Of a DNA stretch of 64,000 nucleotides, positions 16,561-37,060 are shown in pieces. Under the pieces are notes generated by a model. It saw only the letters and a program-made list of their open reading frames with translations. It did not search any database and was not told the origin of the DNA. Location: the NCBI RefSeq assembly GCF_009914755.1, contig NC_060940.1; one strand, 5' to 3'. The stretch is from the human T2T-CHM13v2.0 reference genome, Homo sapiens. A program made the position numbers and the translations under genes. Numbering within the stretch: the stretch's first letter is position 1; each line of letters begins with the position of its first letter.

Positions 16561-17247
16561 CTTGTTTAGACAGTCTTCGCAGTAAAGTGAGCCCTTTAAA
16601 CAAACCGGAGGTACCACATTAAGGTGCAAAGAGTTGGTGCACAAGTGAGGCGTTAGCTCCGACTGTGAAATGTGCTCTTCCAAATGCCCTGGAGCCCCGC
16701 TTGTGAAATCAGAACAGGGGAAATAGCCAGCGGAGGTGCAGCCCTGCAGACTCGGAAACTGATGCAGCTTGTGCACATTACCATGACATGACTGGAAGTG
16801 GAGTTTTCCACAACAGGGCAGGTGTTTGCAGGAAGACAGGTTACTCTCTAGACACATGCTGGGAAAGTCACTTGCAATGCCTGCCAAATTGTTCCTAGCT
16901 GAGGCATTCTGGAGTGAAGATGCAGACTGGAAAGCAAACCCTGACCCTACCTGACACGTGATTGTCCTGGTGCTTTGCGAGTCTAACAGTGCGCCCGGGT
17001 GAATCAAGCTACTGGTACCTCCGCTACCGCCACCACCACCACCAAAACGCATTGGCGAAGTGGAGGGTTCATTAGGGCAATGAGCACAGCAGCTTACTTT
17101 GGGGACAGAAGAAAGCTGTATTTTAGGCTGCTGAAGAGAACGAATATCAGGAAGTGGGACTGCTGGAAAAAGCTTAGAGCCAGCATGAAGGGGTGATGGT
17201 ACATCCTTTAGTTCCACAGCAACTTTCTTGTTCTCCATGTACTCTTT
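16561..17247 (-). CDS. MARF1: MARF1 exon 3 (KEYMENKK...CEDCLNK; Cys/His/Ser-rich, poly-Gly)
   Basis: ORF 16516..17310; tctcAG acceptor, AAG|GTTCGT donor, 687 nt. Confidence 0.94.
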
Positions 17248-18790
17248 CTGAGAAAAGAAAATCAGAACATAAATTAATTTTATGAGGTCCGTGGTTTTTT
17301 GGTTACTCATATCTTACTGCATGCACAAACAGAAATAGTGTTCAATTCTGTTACATCACTAAATCATAACTGAACAAAATGGAATCACAGCTAGTTAAAA
17401 CCAGGAACATTCTTCAGAGAGGTCTGCAGGACATGAACACTGGAACACACAACTAAAATTAAGACTACATTCTTCCTGAATTGAAACAGACTGGGGTGGG
17501 AGGGCCTGTTTACATCTTTAGCAGCCACCATGCCTCAGTAACTTCCTTTTGGTAATTTCCCCTTGCCTCACAGAATCTTCTGAAGACAAAATAGGTGGTA
17601 TGAAAACAACCCCTCACAAACAGCATTCAATAAAGATGGCTAACACACACAGTGGTTTGAGGACAATACTTAATAGTTCTGTGGTCAGGCCATAAGGGGT
17701 TTTAGTAAGATCCCCCAAAGGAAAAGAGTAAAGTTTCAAACACAGATGAGATCAGCCATCTACCCAGATGGCCCATCCGTGTTGCTGATGACATTTCATA
17801 AACCCTAAGATATCATGACCTAAAGCCATAATGACAATTATATTGCAGCCAGTGAAAAGATTTAGAGAATTAGAAAACTATCCAAGAAAAAGATCCAAGA
17901 CAAATAGTTTGCCACATGACTCCAACACAGACACAGGAAGCCAGTATATTACAAAGGTTCTGAGCAGAGCATCAGTGGCAGAGACCTGGGTTAGAATCTG
18001 ATACTCAATAGTTGTATGACCTTGGGTAAGTTACTTAACCTACACTTTGGTTTCCTCATCCATAAACTGGGAATACAATATACCTCCTAGAGTTGCTAGG
18101 AGGATAAAATAAGATAGAGCACATAGACCACCTGGCACAGTACCTAGCCACTGAAAGGGGACTGAATTCATCAGCCTTCACAGGCTGACTGCAAGAGACA
18201 TTAAGATGAAGAGGGGGCCCTGCTACAGTGACTGAGACGTGCTCACCGTTCACAGCATATGAGGGTCCATCTGACGCCTAAAATTCCACTCCCTTTGCTG
18301 TGATTCTACACTCACCTGGGAGCATAGGCTCATCTGGAAGAAATGTGAATTTTCAGCTAAACTTTCCCTAAAAGGGAGATAACAGCAACGGGCTGACCAG
18401 CCAATGAACTGCCCTCTTGGTAATTATAGTTCAGACTGAAATTAACACACTGGTATTCTGATTTATACAGATCAGGCTCATACAGGCAGGCTTACTATGA
18501 GTTGATCCCCTGAACCTACTCCATTCTGCATGCCACTGACAAAATTGAGTTTCAAGATCTGTAAAGTTGACCGTGTAATTCTGAATTGTGTGACTCCATG
18601 AGGACCAGATCTACCACCCCATCCCAGGAAGCCTTGCTTTTGATGCCAACCCTCACTGTCAACTGTCTCTAAAATAAAACACTCCTAAAATGACCCAAAT
18701 TACTTGATGTCTTGCAACAAAGACAACTATATAGTGAAAACCTAGAGAAAATAGAGAATTAAACTGGTTTTTAAAAAGTTATTAATACCC

Positions 18791-20645
<1,855 letters not shown>

Positions 20646-21617
20646 TAAAGAAAGAAAAAAACACAAAATATCAGAGCATATTACGGGTTAATAAAATTTG
20701 GTAAACTTGGTTGACTGTTTATGCTTAAAATCTAACTGCAACAACCTGATTTCTTAAAAAATCTATAATCTGCCATTCTTCATGTTTCATAGCTCTTCAA
20801 ATAAAAAATGAACTCTCCATGAGTCTTGTTTCCTTTCCACATGTAACCATGTTTGAGAGAGGTAGCCATATCTTGGAAACTTGCATATTCCAGAGTGAGA
20901 CTTCACCTCCTCACTTGGCTGGAATCAATTTTTTCTACAGTTTTTCTGAATTCTTTTCGGCTCTCTCTCCCTAAAGATGCTGCTCAGGAAAGTCAAAAGT
21001 TAACAGAAGAGAGCATCTAATCTGAGTAAAAGAGCCACCACCACATCCTCATTGACAACTATATGTAAGATTTTAAAATTGACTTAAGAGCAACTTCTTG
21101 CACTGGTTTCTTGATCTGAGCATGAAAAGTCCAAACTAAGTGGCCTCTGTGGACTTTGAATTTGATTTGCTACAGAACAAATTGAACCAATTTCTTAGTT
21201 TACTAATGATGAAAGTGCAATCTGATATACCACCAAAAATCTAACTGATAGAAAAATCTCAAGTCGCAGATGTGTTATATCTACGCCAGAGCAACAACAC
21301 TCTTACAGGTCTTAACAATAAATGCAAGCGAGGCACCGTGGCTCAGGCCTGCAATCCCAGCACTTTGGGAGGCCAAGGTGGGTGGATTGCTTGAGCCCAG
21401 GAGTTCCCAACCAGCCTGGGCAACATGGCAAAACCCCATGGCTACAAAAAATTAGCTGAGCGTGGTGGTGCATGCCTGTAGCCCCATCTACTCAGGAGGC
21501 TATGGTGGAAGAATCACCTAAGACTGCGTAGTCAAGGCTGCAGTGAGCTGTGATTGCACCACTGCACTGCAGCCTGGGCGACGGAGTGAGACCCTGTCTC
21601 AAAAACCAACAAACAAA

Positions 21618-21795
21618 ATTACATGAAATTAAAATGTCAGTGTCCATAAATAAAGTTTAATTGGGACACAGACACACTCATTCACTTAAATACTGCCTAT
21701 GACTGCTTTTGCATTCCAATTGCAGAGTTGCAAAGAGAGTCTCTGCAAAGAGACTGTATGGCCCACAAAGCCTATATTTACTACGTGGCTCTTTT
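21618..21795. mobile_element. MER58-like hAT-Charlie fragment
   Basis: CCATAAATAAAGTTTAATTGG...AGAGACTGTATGGCCCACAAAGCCT motif string. Confidence 0.65.
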
Positions 21796-23922
21796 GTCAG
21801 CCTGGGCAATATAGCAAGATCACAGCTCTAAAATAAAATAAAGTTCAAAAAATTAGCATAGTGTGGCAGCATGCGCCTAGTCCCAGCTACTAGAGAGACT
21901 GAGGTAGGAGGATCTCTTGAGCCCAAGAATTTGAGGCTACAGTGAACTATATTGTGCCACTGGCCCTTCAGCGTGGGCAACAGAGTGAGATTCCATCTCT
22001 AAAAAAATTTTTGTTTTCAAGTTTCTGTTTCCTCCTATGCAAAATGTGGCTAATTTCTCCCCGCCACTGCATTACAGAGAAAAAAAAAATTAGATAAATG
22101 AACCCCACTGTCTATTTTCACCACTGTATCTCTTGTGCCAACCAAAATGCTCCCTACTCTGTAAATACAAAGTAAACATTACCTACTACACACTATTGGG
22201 AGTGGTTAATTTGGAGATGGATTTAACTGCTACCACTGATAGTAAATTACGATTCTTGTCTTTCCTATTAGATACAGGTTTTATGTCCCCCAAAAAACTC
22301 CTCTCAAAATCGTAAGAATCTGTGATATTCACAGTGTTCATAACTTAAACATTCTCTCAAACTTCTTCAAAGCCAAATCCTGAAAGTGAGCTAACATTCA
22401 CAGTATAATCTAGTTTATAAAGTATTTTCACTTAACATTACTTATGTCTTCATTCAGCAAATATTTACTTAGTATCTACTATGCAGCAGGCCTGTGCTTG
22501 GCACAAGGAATATAATGATGAAAAAAACCCAGACGGTGGGATCCTCTTATATAATTTTTGCAATAATCCTGTGAAATAGACAGGGGAGAAATTAGCTACA
22601 TTTTTGCAGAGAGAGAAAAAGAAACTTAATGAAGTTTTGTAGCGAGCCTGACACAAGATTAGGCTTGTTCACCCCTTTCCACTACATCAAGGTGCCTTCA
22701 ATACTGCTCAATACAAGCGATTAAAAGTAAAAACTTTCAGGTGCCTGCACCCTGAAAACTTCCCAAATACCATCCACGAAGCAACTTAGGTAGCCAAAAG
22801 CAGGTTCTGTTTGACTTGAGCGACAGTCTCCTTTCTGTCACTCTCTTCAAGTCTTTTGACCAATTCAATGAGGAGAGCATAGGCTCTGTCGACTGTCTGC
22901 ATTTTGGTCTCCAATTTGACTGCGGTGCAGCTTTGGACAACTCACAACCTCTCTGAACCTCAGATCCCATCTCTAAAATGGGTGTGATAATAATAGAAAC
23001 CACCTTACAAGGCCGTTGTTTGGATTACATGAGGTAATCCACGGGGAACATTTAGCAAATGTTGTTTCCTTAGCACCCAATCTAGTCTTTGACCCCACAC
23101 CACCCCATCCCATTACCGTTTTCTCCCCCATAGCTCTTCTGTCCAAAACGGCCTTTTTAGCTTATTTTATTATCTTTCTCCCCCATTAGGCTATAAACTC
23201 CATGACAGCAGAGACTATGTTTTCTTATCCACTATTCCAACTCCTGTCCTTAGTACAATGCCTGGCATATTTTAATAAATAACTGTTGAACGAATAAAGC
23301 TTAATAAATAGGAAAACAGTTTAGGTTTCAATACACCGATATGCAAAAGAGAAGAATATTTACCGCTCAGAGAAGTCCAAAAGACACAAATGCAATTGGA
23401 CAGCTCTTGGTAATACCGGAAAGGTGCTTGAGAAACTCTAAAAGGTGTATCACGAGGTCGCGTTACAACTACTAGTGAGAGTGGCTGAAGCCCTAGACAT
23501 TGTCAACCCTGAGACTACACCCTATGTGTTGCTAAAAGGCCGAGGAGAATGCAAAACGGCCGGGGAGGGGGGAGTGTGTTGCAAAAACACCCGCCCCTTT
23601 CCTTCTCTCTTAACCTTCCAGCTGTGCACTTCACTCCTGGAGGGCCCCACCAGGGGTCAGACAGGGGCGGGCGGGGAGCCAAATGCCCTCGAAGGGGAAC
23701 AGCGGCGCCAACAGTGACAGTAGTGAATGGACCCGAAAGGGAGACAAGCCAACTCTTTCGTGGGGGGCCCAACTGGCGCGTCCCAGTTAGCTAACCTCCC
23801 CTCTCCACCACCATCCCACCAGCAATAGGCGGGGAAAGAGGGGACACTGTCCTCCGTCCCGCCCCGCTGGCCTCGGAGCAGAGCCTGCCGGGGTCTGGTC
23901 GCAGGACTGTCTGCAAACTCAC

Positions 23923-24060
23923 CTCTGCCGCCGGCTCCACCTCCGCTCACATTCCGGCCCCGCCGCCTTCCCCCCGCCCCCCCCAGGCCCTTTGTTTTGA
24001 TTCCCGACTCCGCAGCTCCCGCCGCCGCCGCCAAGCGCACCCTTCACTTCCGCTTCCGCA
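23923..24060 (-). other. MARF1: MARF1 non-coding exon 1 (5' boundary approximate)
   Basis: GAG|GTGAGT donor at 23917-23922 inside a CpG island; tandem ETS motifs near the presumed start. Confidence 0.8.
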
Positions 24061-24171
24061 CCGCACCGCCCCTGTCGCAAAACCGACGCCCTTCTCTCCT
24101 CTTCGCCCCGCCCCTTCCTCGCCCCGCCTCCGCCGCCGCGTCCTGTCCGCGCGGGGCATGCTGGGAACCCC

Positions 24172-24832
24172 GGGGGGGGCGGGGCCTCGCGGCCCTGCAG
24201 CCTCGTCAGGCTCAGTCCCCTCCCGATAAACCCCTAAATAGGGACTTTCCCGGGGGGTGACCCTGGCTTTTTTGGCGAAAACCCCCAGTTTAAGGAGGCC
24301 TTCCCCCTGGCTTCACGTTGTGGAGTCGAAAGGAACCTTGAAGCGGAGAATGAGCTCGTGACGTGGACCCGAGGAAAAAACCTGCCAACCAGGATTTAAT
24401 AGAATTCAGCTCTTTCAGGCTTTGGAGGGAAGGCGATTTGAACGGGATTTCAATGAAAAACCCTGTCCCTTCGGCTTTTTTTTTTTCCTCTCTCGGGTCT
24501 CGTCACGTGATGGTCCTACTTTATTTTTAAAAATTAAATGGCGCATATTCCCCAGCATCCTAAATCTAGTGCAACCTAGTGGCAAGTGGAGAAAAAAATA
24601 ACTGCCAACCTGGCTTCCTACGAGGTCCCCCGGAGTTCTCGCAAAGTTGCGACCCAGTTGGCAAAAATACAGTGTGTGCAAAGACTCAACTGGACATTGC
24701 CACCAAGAATCAAGAGATTTTTGGGGACTTTAGCAAGAAAACGTTATTTTTAAAAGCCCTGCTCCAAAGCTGGTTACAAATGAATACTGCGTTTCCAGTG
24801 ACAGGTTGGGCGAGCAGAAAGGAAATCTTACG
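24172..24832 (+). other. NDE1: Candidate upstream alternative first exon of NDE1 overlapping MIR484
   Basis: Recalled NDE1 variant initiating at this island; candidate donor ACG|GTTAGT at 24833; both ends uncertain. Confidence 0.4.
24199..24277 (+). ncRNA. MIR484: pre-miR-484; mature TCAGGCTCAGTCCCCTCCCGAT at 24206-24227
   Basis: Exact match to the recalled miR-484 mature and precursor sequence; AGTCCC/GGGACT complementarity; followed by T6. Confidence 0.95.
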
Positions 24833-25399
24833 GTTAGTTTCAAACACTTTGTGTTTTAGGTGGCCAGATATGCTGTGTGGTTTGCTTTAAAAAAAAAAAT
24901 AGCGCCCCACAATCTTCACGTTTCCCTGGAATAAAAAAAAATTTAAGACTCAGCAAAAGGGTGATTTCTGAAACTACCAGCTGATTACTATTTTCTGTTG
25001 CAAATTAGGAAAAAAGCAAAGCACATATTGTGTAAGTTAAATCTAGACACGATTTAGGATGTGCTAGCTGCTAGCTAAATGCTACCTTAGGAGTTTATTT
25101 TTAAAGTTTGCCCAGAAACAAGTTGACTTTGCAAAAGAATCAGTAAGTCGAAATTGCCAAACGAGAATATTTTGCCCAAAAAAATCCTTACTGGGAGGTT
25201 ATTTCAATAGGCAATCCCCATTACGTGGGGATTAACACATCCCTGTAAACATCCCTGTAGACGGGTATTGTGGAGGGCAGGATCAGACATGTAGCTGAAG
25301 AATCCTTTGTGCCTGTATTTAATTTTCCAGAAGGCAGATGACAAGCACACATCCTCTCCCTGCGTAGGTATTTATTACTGCTGACTAAATCTTGACTGT

Positions 25400-30560
<5,161 letters not shown>

Positions 30561-30819
30561 TCATAGAGGCTAAACAACTTTCCCAAGACCACACAGTTAG
30601 TAAGGGGCAGGACTAGGACTCAAAGCCAAGTTTATGACCAAATTCTGGTGCACTACGTTCTCCTGCTTCTGGAGAAGATAATGATGCTGAAGATTCTACT
30701 TTTGGTGTAAAGGAGTAGGAAGGGCACGGGGCACTGCTAGCTTCAGTGGGCCTGAATCTTTGTCTTTCCTTCTGATTTGGAGAAAGTGCAAGAATGGGAA
30801 AATGCAATCGAAGTGAAGG

Positions 30820-31460
30820 AGAGGCCGGCGTATTTTCCTGAAATGCGCGGCCCGCAAGCCCAAACCCGTTTCCCGGGTGTCCAGGCAGCGTTCTGCAGCA
30901 TCTCCAATGCCCGCCAGCCCGCCGCAGCCCAGCGCCCGGCAGCCGGCGCCTCTCAAACCCCCTCCGGCCAGGAGCCTTCGCCGCTTGGCCGCGCCGCGCC
31001 CGGCCTGGGAAAAAAGTTTCCAAACGACGCTGCTCTGCGCTGATTGGCCGAGGCGGACGCGGTACCGTAGAGCAGCAGCCAATGGGAGGCGCCGACCGCA
31101 GGCTCCGGGGCGGGGGCGGGGTCCGGAGGGCCGGGGCCGCACCGCCCTTCGCAGCCGCCTCTGCCGCCGCCGCCGCGTTGGCCTCGCCGCCCCTGCTCGG
31201 GTAAGTGAGGCGCTGCGCGGGGCTGGGGTCGGGGTGGCTGTCCGGGGACCTCCACCGCGGCTGAAAAGCTCCTCTGCCCCGCCCCAGGATCCCGGGACCC
31301 CGGGCCACCGCCTGGCAGGGACCCCTACGCCCCTCGCTTGCGCGTCGCTTCCCGGCCGCCTGGACTCCCCCGGTCCCTGGGCTCCAAAATCCCGCCTCCC
31401 TGGAGCCTCCCGTCCTAAAAAGTTAGGCACTGAGTGCCTTGCCACCGGTGCGTTCCTCGC
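30820..31460 (+). promoter_or_regulatory. NDE1: NDE1 main CpG-island promoter
   Basis: CpG-dense; CCAAT boxes ATTGG 31043-31047 and CCAAT 31079-31083; tandem GC box GGGGCGGGGGCGGGG 31107-31121. Confidence 0.88.
31150..31200 (+). other. NDE1: NDE1 non-coding exon 1 (5' boundary approximate)
   Basis: Consensus donor CGG|GTAAGT at 31201 just downstream of CCAAT/GC boxes. Confidence 0.82.
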
Positions 31461-32369
31461 GCTGGCCCCTCGCCCTTGGCAACTTTGTTTCTCTTTCTGC
31501 GTTGGTCTCTCTCCCACCCCGTTGCCCTCTTCTCCTTCCGGGACTTCCTGGGTGGTTAAGCCTTGCCGGTCCCCAAACCCCGCTGCCAGGCTCCATCCTC
31601 TTTCTCCTCTTCCTTCCTCCCCATACTCCTCTCCTAGATGACCCTCGTTTCTTTTCTCTCTCTCTCCTATTCCTCCATCCTGCCACCCGCTTCTCTGCGA
31701 CCCCAGACCCCTCGATTGCAGCGTTGCCCCTGCCCTCACACCCACTGTCCCGCCCCTGCAGGCCTCTTTCCAAAAACCCACCCTGCTCCCTCCCTCCGGG
31801 AACACGTTTGGGGCAGTCTGCTCTCCGCTTTGCTCCCGTCTCTGCCGCAGGACGGTTCAGGTTTCTTCTGACAGCACTTTGGGGAGGGATTGGGTAAAGG
31901 ACGAAAATGCTTATTCCGCAGCTTGAGTGATGGCTGGGCTCACTGAGGACCTGAGTCTCTGAGGTCCTGGGAAACCCCGCTGTCACCTTGACACCGCTTT
32001 TGGGGAGGCGACTTTATCTTCTCCGAGCCATCTCAGGCTTTCTGCCTCCTGAGGGCCTGAGCTTCCTTGATTGCTTTGTCCGTGGTTACTACCAGGTTGT
32101 GCCTCTTAATTTCTACTTTGAGCCTCAGGCCCCTTTTAACTTTCTAAAGAAAAGGCCTTTGCAGCACGACCTAGGCAGGTTCATCATTTTTAGTTTTGTT
32201 ATAGTGTATTCTAGCATAGGATGGCATTTTAGGACATGGGTCGGGTGTTTTGAAGATTAATTAGATCCCAGCTACTCCTAAAGCCTCTTGTTACCCGACC
32301 ACCCCAGCCTCCATCACCTCGTTGGTATACAACCCGTTTTTTTTTTTTTTTTTTTGTTTTTGTTTTTGA

Positions 32370-32552
<183 letters not shown>

Positions 32553-35286
32553 TAGCCAGGATGGTCTCGATTTCCTGACCTCGTGATCTGCCCCCTCGGC
32601 CTCCCAAAGTGCTGGGATTACAGGCGTGAGCCACCGTGCCGGCCTACAACCCATTTTGAGCCTTTCCTCTTAGTGTGTGTTTTGTGTAGGATTAAATGCA
32701 GATGATCTGTGCCGCTGAAGTCTCAGGGGCCTGTGATTCATATATTTTATCCCATGTTGGATAACAGTTTATTAACTTGACTTATTTTTGTTTCCAAAGT
32801 GTGTTATTTATTATTTATTTATTTATTTATTTTGAGACGGAGTCTTGTTCTTGTCCAGGCTGGAGTGCAGTGGCATGATCTCGACTCACTGCAACCTCAG
32901 TCCTCCGGGTTCAAGTGATTCTTCTGCCTCACCCTCCTGAGTAGCTGGGATTACAGGTGCGTGCCACCATGCCCGGCTAATTCTTAGTAGAGATGGGGTT
33001 TCACCATATTGGCCAGGCTGGTCTCAAACTTCTGACCTCGTGATCTGCCCACCTCAGCCTCCCAAAGTGTTGGGATTACAGGCATGAGCCACTGCACCCG
33101 ACTCTATCATTATTATTATTTTTTATGTAGAGGCAGAATCTTGCTTTGTTGCCCAGGCTGGTCTCAAATTCCTGGGCTCAAGCAGTCCTCCTGCCTTGGC
33201 CTCCCACAGTGCTGAGATTACTTGCAGGCATGAGCCACTGCATGCAGCCCAAAGTGTGTTCTTTTGCCTTAGAATGTGAGCCGAGAATTGACACTCCTTT
33301 TCCTCACAAGGTAATTTCCTAACATGAGCATTCCTGTGTACAGAAAGTTTGTGCCTGCAGTTAGTACTACACGTGCACCTCGTGCAATGGATGTGGGTGC
33401 TTTTTGTCTGCCTCCTTCAGCAGTGCCCAGCACTTAGTAGGTATTCAAGAAATGTTTGAAAAGGGTTGGAGGAGGCAAAACCACAGTAGGAAAAATTCTT
33501 TCCCTGTCACTTGGTTCAGTAGAATAAAATTATCCTGGAACAATAGCTATTTTACTTTTTGTCCAAGTTTTTGTTTGTTTGTTTTTTGAGACGGGATCTC
33601 ACTCTGTCGCCCAAGCTGGAACACAGTGATGCAATCACAGCTCACTGCAGTCTCGACCTCTCAGGCTCAAGCAATCCTCTTGCCTGAGCCTCCCAAGTAG
33701 CTGGGACTAAAAGCACATGCCACCATGCTTGGCTAATTTTTAAAATTTTTTGTAGAGATTGGGGTCTCACTATGTTGCCCAGGCTGGTCTCGAACTCCTG
33801 GGTTCAAGCGATCCTTCCGCCTCAGCCTCCCAACGTGCCGGGGTGGGAGAGAGCCACCGCGCCTGGCCTAAGCTTTTTAAAATCTCTAAAGCGATCTATG
33901 CTTACTGTATATATGTGTATGTAGTTTACCTTAAAGCAAGGTGTCAGGTACAAATCCACAGGGCTTGCTTTACCCCCATTCTGGTGCATCCTCCAGACCC
34001 TTTTCTATTCTGTGTACAGAGAGAGGGAAATAAACAAAAATGGGCACCCATTTTTAACATATCCTGAGCTTTCTTCCATATTAGTACTTACAGTTCTTAA
34101 CAACTGCATCGTTTTCCATTCAGTCCTCTGTTGACATTGAGGTTTCCAGTTTTCCACATTAGTGAATGATGGTGTGCATCTTTGAACATGGGTCCTTGCC
34201 TGCCTAAGTATTTTTGTAGGTTGATCATTGTAAACTTGGAAAGCACAAAGACAGAAGCCAGGCTTGCTGACTCTTGACTGATGTTGCCCCAGTGATGTCA
34301 CTCCTGCAAAATGCAAAGCCTGCGTCCTGGCTGTCGGAGCATGTGTGGACATTTGGCAGCTTCTTTCTCTTCCCTCCTGCTCTTCTGTTTGTTTTGATTG
34401 GGAAGGATATGGAGTGGGGATGGAGAAGGGTGTTGAGTAATTATCGATGGTTTCTGTATGTTTATTGCTCCTGACTAGCAGTGCTGGGTTTCTTCTCTCA
34501 GAGGAAAGCTGAAAGAGATTGCTTTGCTTTTTTCCAGAGTTTTAAAATCAGAGGTGTGTGTCTCGAGTGTATTTTCAGACTTTTTTGTTAGCTTTAATCA
34601 TGTAAAACATGCAAAAAAAAAAAAAGCATGTGGAAACAATTTTTTTTTTTTGAGACGGGTTCTCGCTCTGTCACACAGGCTGGAGTGCTGTGGGGCGATC
34701 TCGGCTCACTGCAACCACCGCCTCCCATGCTCAAGTGATCCTCCCACCTCAGCCTCCTGAGTAGCTGGGACCACAGGTGTGCATCACCACACCTGGCTAA
34801 TTTTTTTGTGTTTTTGGTAGAGATGGGGTTTCACCATGTTGCCCAGGCTGGTCTCTTATCTGCTGACCTCAGGTGATCTGCCTGCCTCACCCTCCCAAAG
34901 TGCTGGGATTACAGGCATGAGCCACCACACCCGGCCGGAAACAAATTTTTGAAGGAGGCATAGATCTCTGTTGTGCAAAATAGATACTTTTTGTACCACT
35001 GGGTCCTAGTTTGTCATTGTTCCTTGCATGATCCCATCAGATTTGTCTACAGAGCTGCTGGGGCATGATGGTGTGGTGGCGTATTAAGAACGCAGGTTAG
35101 TGGCACACAGATGAAATAAATGCATGTGGGGTGCATTTTTAAGATAGCAGGTGCAAAGTTGTATATACTGAGACCAGGCATTAACACTTGCCTATTACAG
35201 TGCCTTTTAAAACACTATGTGAGGGCCGGGTGCAATGGCTCACACCTGTAATCCCAGCACTTTGGGAGGCCTAGGTGGGCAGATCA

Positions 35287-35580
<294 letters not shown>

Positions 35581-36396
35581 TCAGTTTGCAACCCCTGGGA
35601 AGCCTTGGACTTGAATGCAAAGATCCCTTGAACTTGGATCTAGTTTGCCTCTGCTGCTCACATGCACATTTAGAGATGGCCAAGGCATACGGTGTTTCTG
35701 CTTCCAAGAAACAGAGTGGTTGTCCTGTTTAGCCATCTCTTACAGTCACACAGCTTAAAGAAGATAATGTTTGCAAACAATTTTTGAAATGTCTAGCACA
35801 CAGCAAACAGAAGGTCAAATTCAGTACTTAATGCTGATAAAATAAGAGAACCCTTGCAAGTCATGTTGCCTGCTTTCTGCCACAGAGAGTACTGCAATAG
35901 AACTTTCTGACGTTTTCATGTTGTTTATTTATTTATTTTTTGAGACAGAGTCTTGCTCTTGTGCCCAGGCTGGAGTGCAGTGGTACAATTTCTGCTCACT
36001 GCAACCTCTGCCTCTGGGTTCAAGCAATTCTTGGGCCTCAGCCACCCAAGTAGCTGGAATTATAGGTGCGCTCTACCACACCTGGCTAATTTTTGTGTTT
36101 CTAGTAGAGACAGGGTTTCACCATGTTGCCCAGGCTGGTCTTGAACCCCTGGGCTCAAGCAATCCACCCACCTCAGCCTCCCAAAGTGCTGGGACTACAG
36201 GCGTGCATCGTGACGCCCTGCTGATTTGTGTATTTTTAGTAGAGACGGGGTTCACCTTGTGCTGGTCTCAAACTCCTGGGCTCAAGCAATCTGCCCACCT
36301 CAGTCTGCCAAAGTGCTGGGATTACAGGCGTGAGCCATCGTGCCCGGCCTCTCTCTGACATTTTTGAATGGCAAAGGCAAAAATCTTATACTTTTA

Positions 36397-37060
36397 AGGA
36401 TGTGGAGAAATAGGAACACTTTTACACTGTTGGTGGGACTGTAAACTAGTTCAACCATTGTAGAAGTCAGTGTGGTGATTCCTCAGGGATCTAGAACTGG
36501 AAATACCATTTGACCCAGCCATCGCATTACTGGGTATATACCCAAAGGACTATAAATCATGCTTCTATAAAGACACATGCACACGTATGTTTATTGCGGC
36601 ATTATTCACAATAGCAAAGACTTGGAACCAACCCAAATGTCCAGCAATGATAGACTGGATTAAGAAAACGTGGCACATATACACCATGGAATACTATGCA
36701 GCCATAAAAAATGATGAGTTCATGTCCTTTGTAGGGACATGGATGAAATTGGAAATCATCATTCTCAGTAAACTATTGCAAGAACAAAAAACCAAACACC
36801 GCATATTCTCACTCATAGGTGGGAATTGAACAACGAGAACACATGGACACAGGAAGGGGAACATCACACTCTGGGGACTGTTGTGGGGTGGGGGGAGGGG
36901 GGAGGGATAGCATTGGGAGATATACCTAATGCTAGATGACGAGTTAGTGGGTGCAGCACACCAGCATGGCACATGTATACATATGTAACTAACCTGCACA
37001 TTGTGCACATGTACCCTAAAACTTAAAGTATAATAATAATAAAGAAAAAGAAAAAAAAAG
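36397..37060 (+). mobile_element. Young 5'-truncated L1 (L1PA2-like): ORF2 C-terminus, 3'UTR and poly(A)
   Basis: ORF 36587..36829 = L1 ORF2p C-terminus (...KHRIFSLIGGN*); GCTAGATGACGAGTTAGTGGG diagnostic region carries GAG, not the L1HS-Ta ACA. Confidence 0.9.

Larger units (their letters stand above)
23540..24660. promoter_or_regulatory. CpG-island bidirectional promoter (MARF1 on minus; MIR484 and upstream NDE1 start on plus)
   Basis: High GC/CpG content; tandem ETS/GABP cores CACTTCCGCTTCCG 24045-24058; GC boxes 24104-24128; ZNF143/Staf-type TTCCCAGCATGCCCCGC on minus at 24151-24167. Confidence 0.9.

Noticed and set aside
23445-24890. ORFs across the MARF1/MIR484 island
   Set aside because: Same GC artefact; they cross the exon 1 donor.
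30613-31986. Long ORFs of 231, 369, 254, 187 and 152 aa over the NDE1 CpG island
   Set aside because: Overlapping on both strands, Arg/Gly/Pro/Ala-rich, no recognisable domain; expected from stop-codon scarcity in GC-rich DNA.
36587-36829. 80-aa ORF matching L1 ORF2p C-terminus
   Set aside because: Part of a 5'-truncated L1; no promoter, endonuclease or RT.
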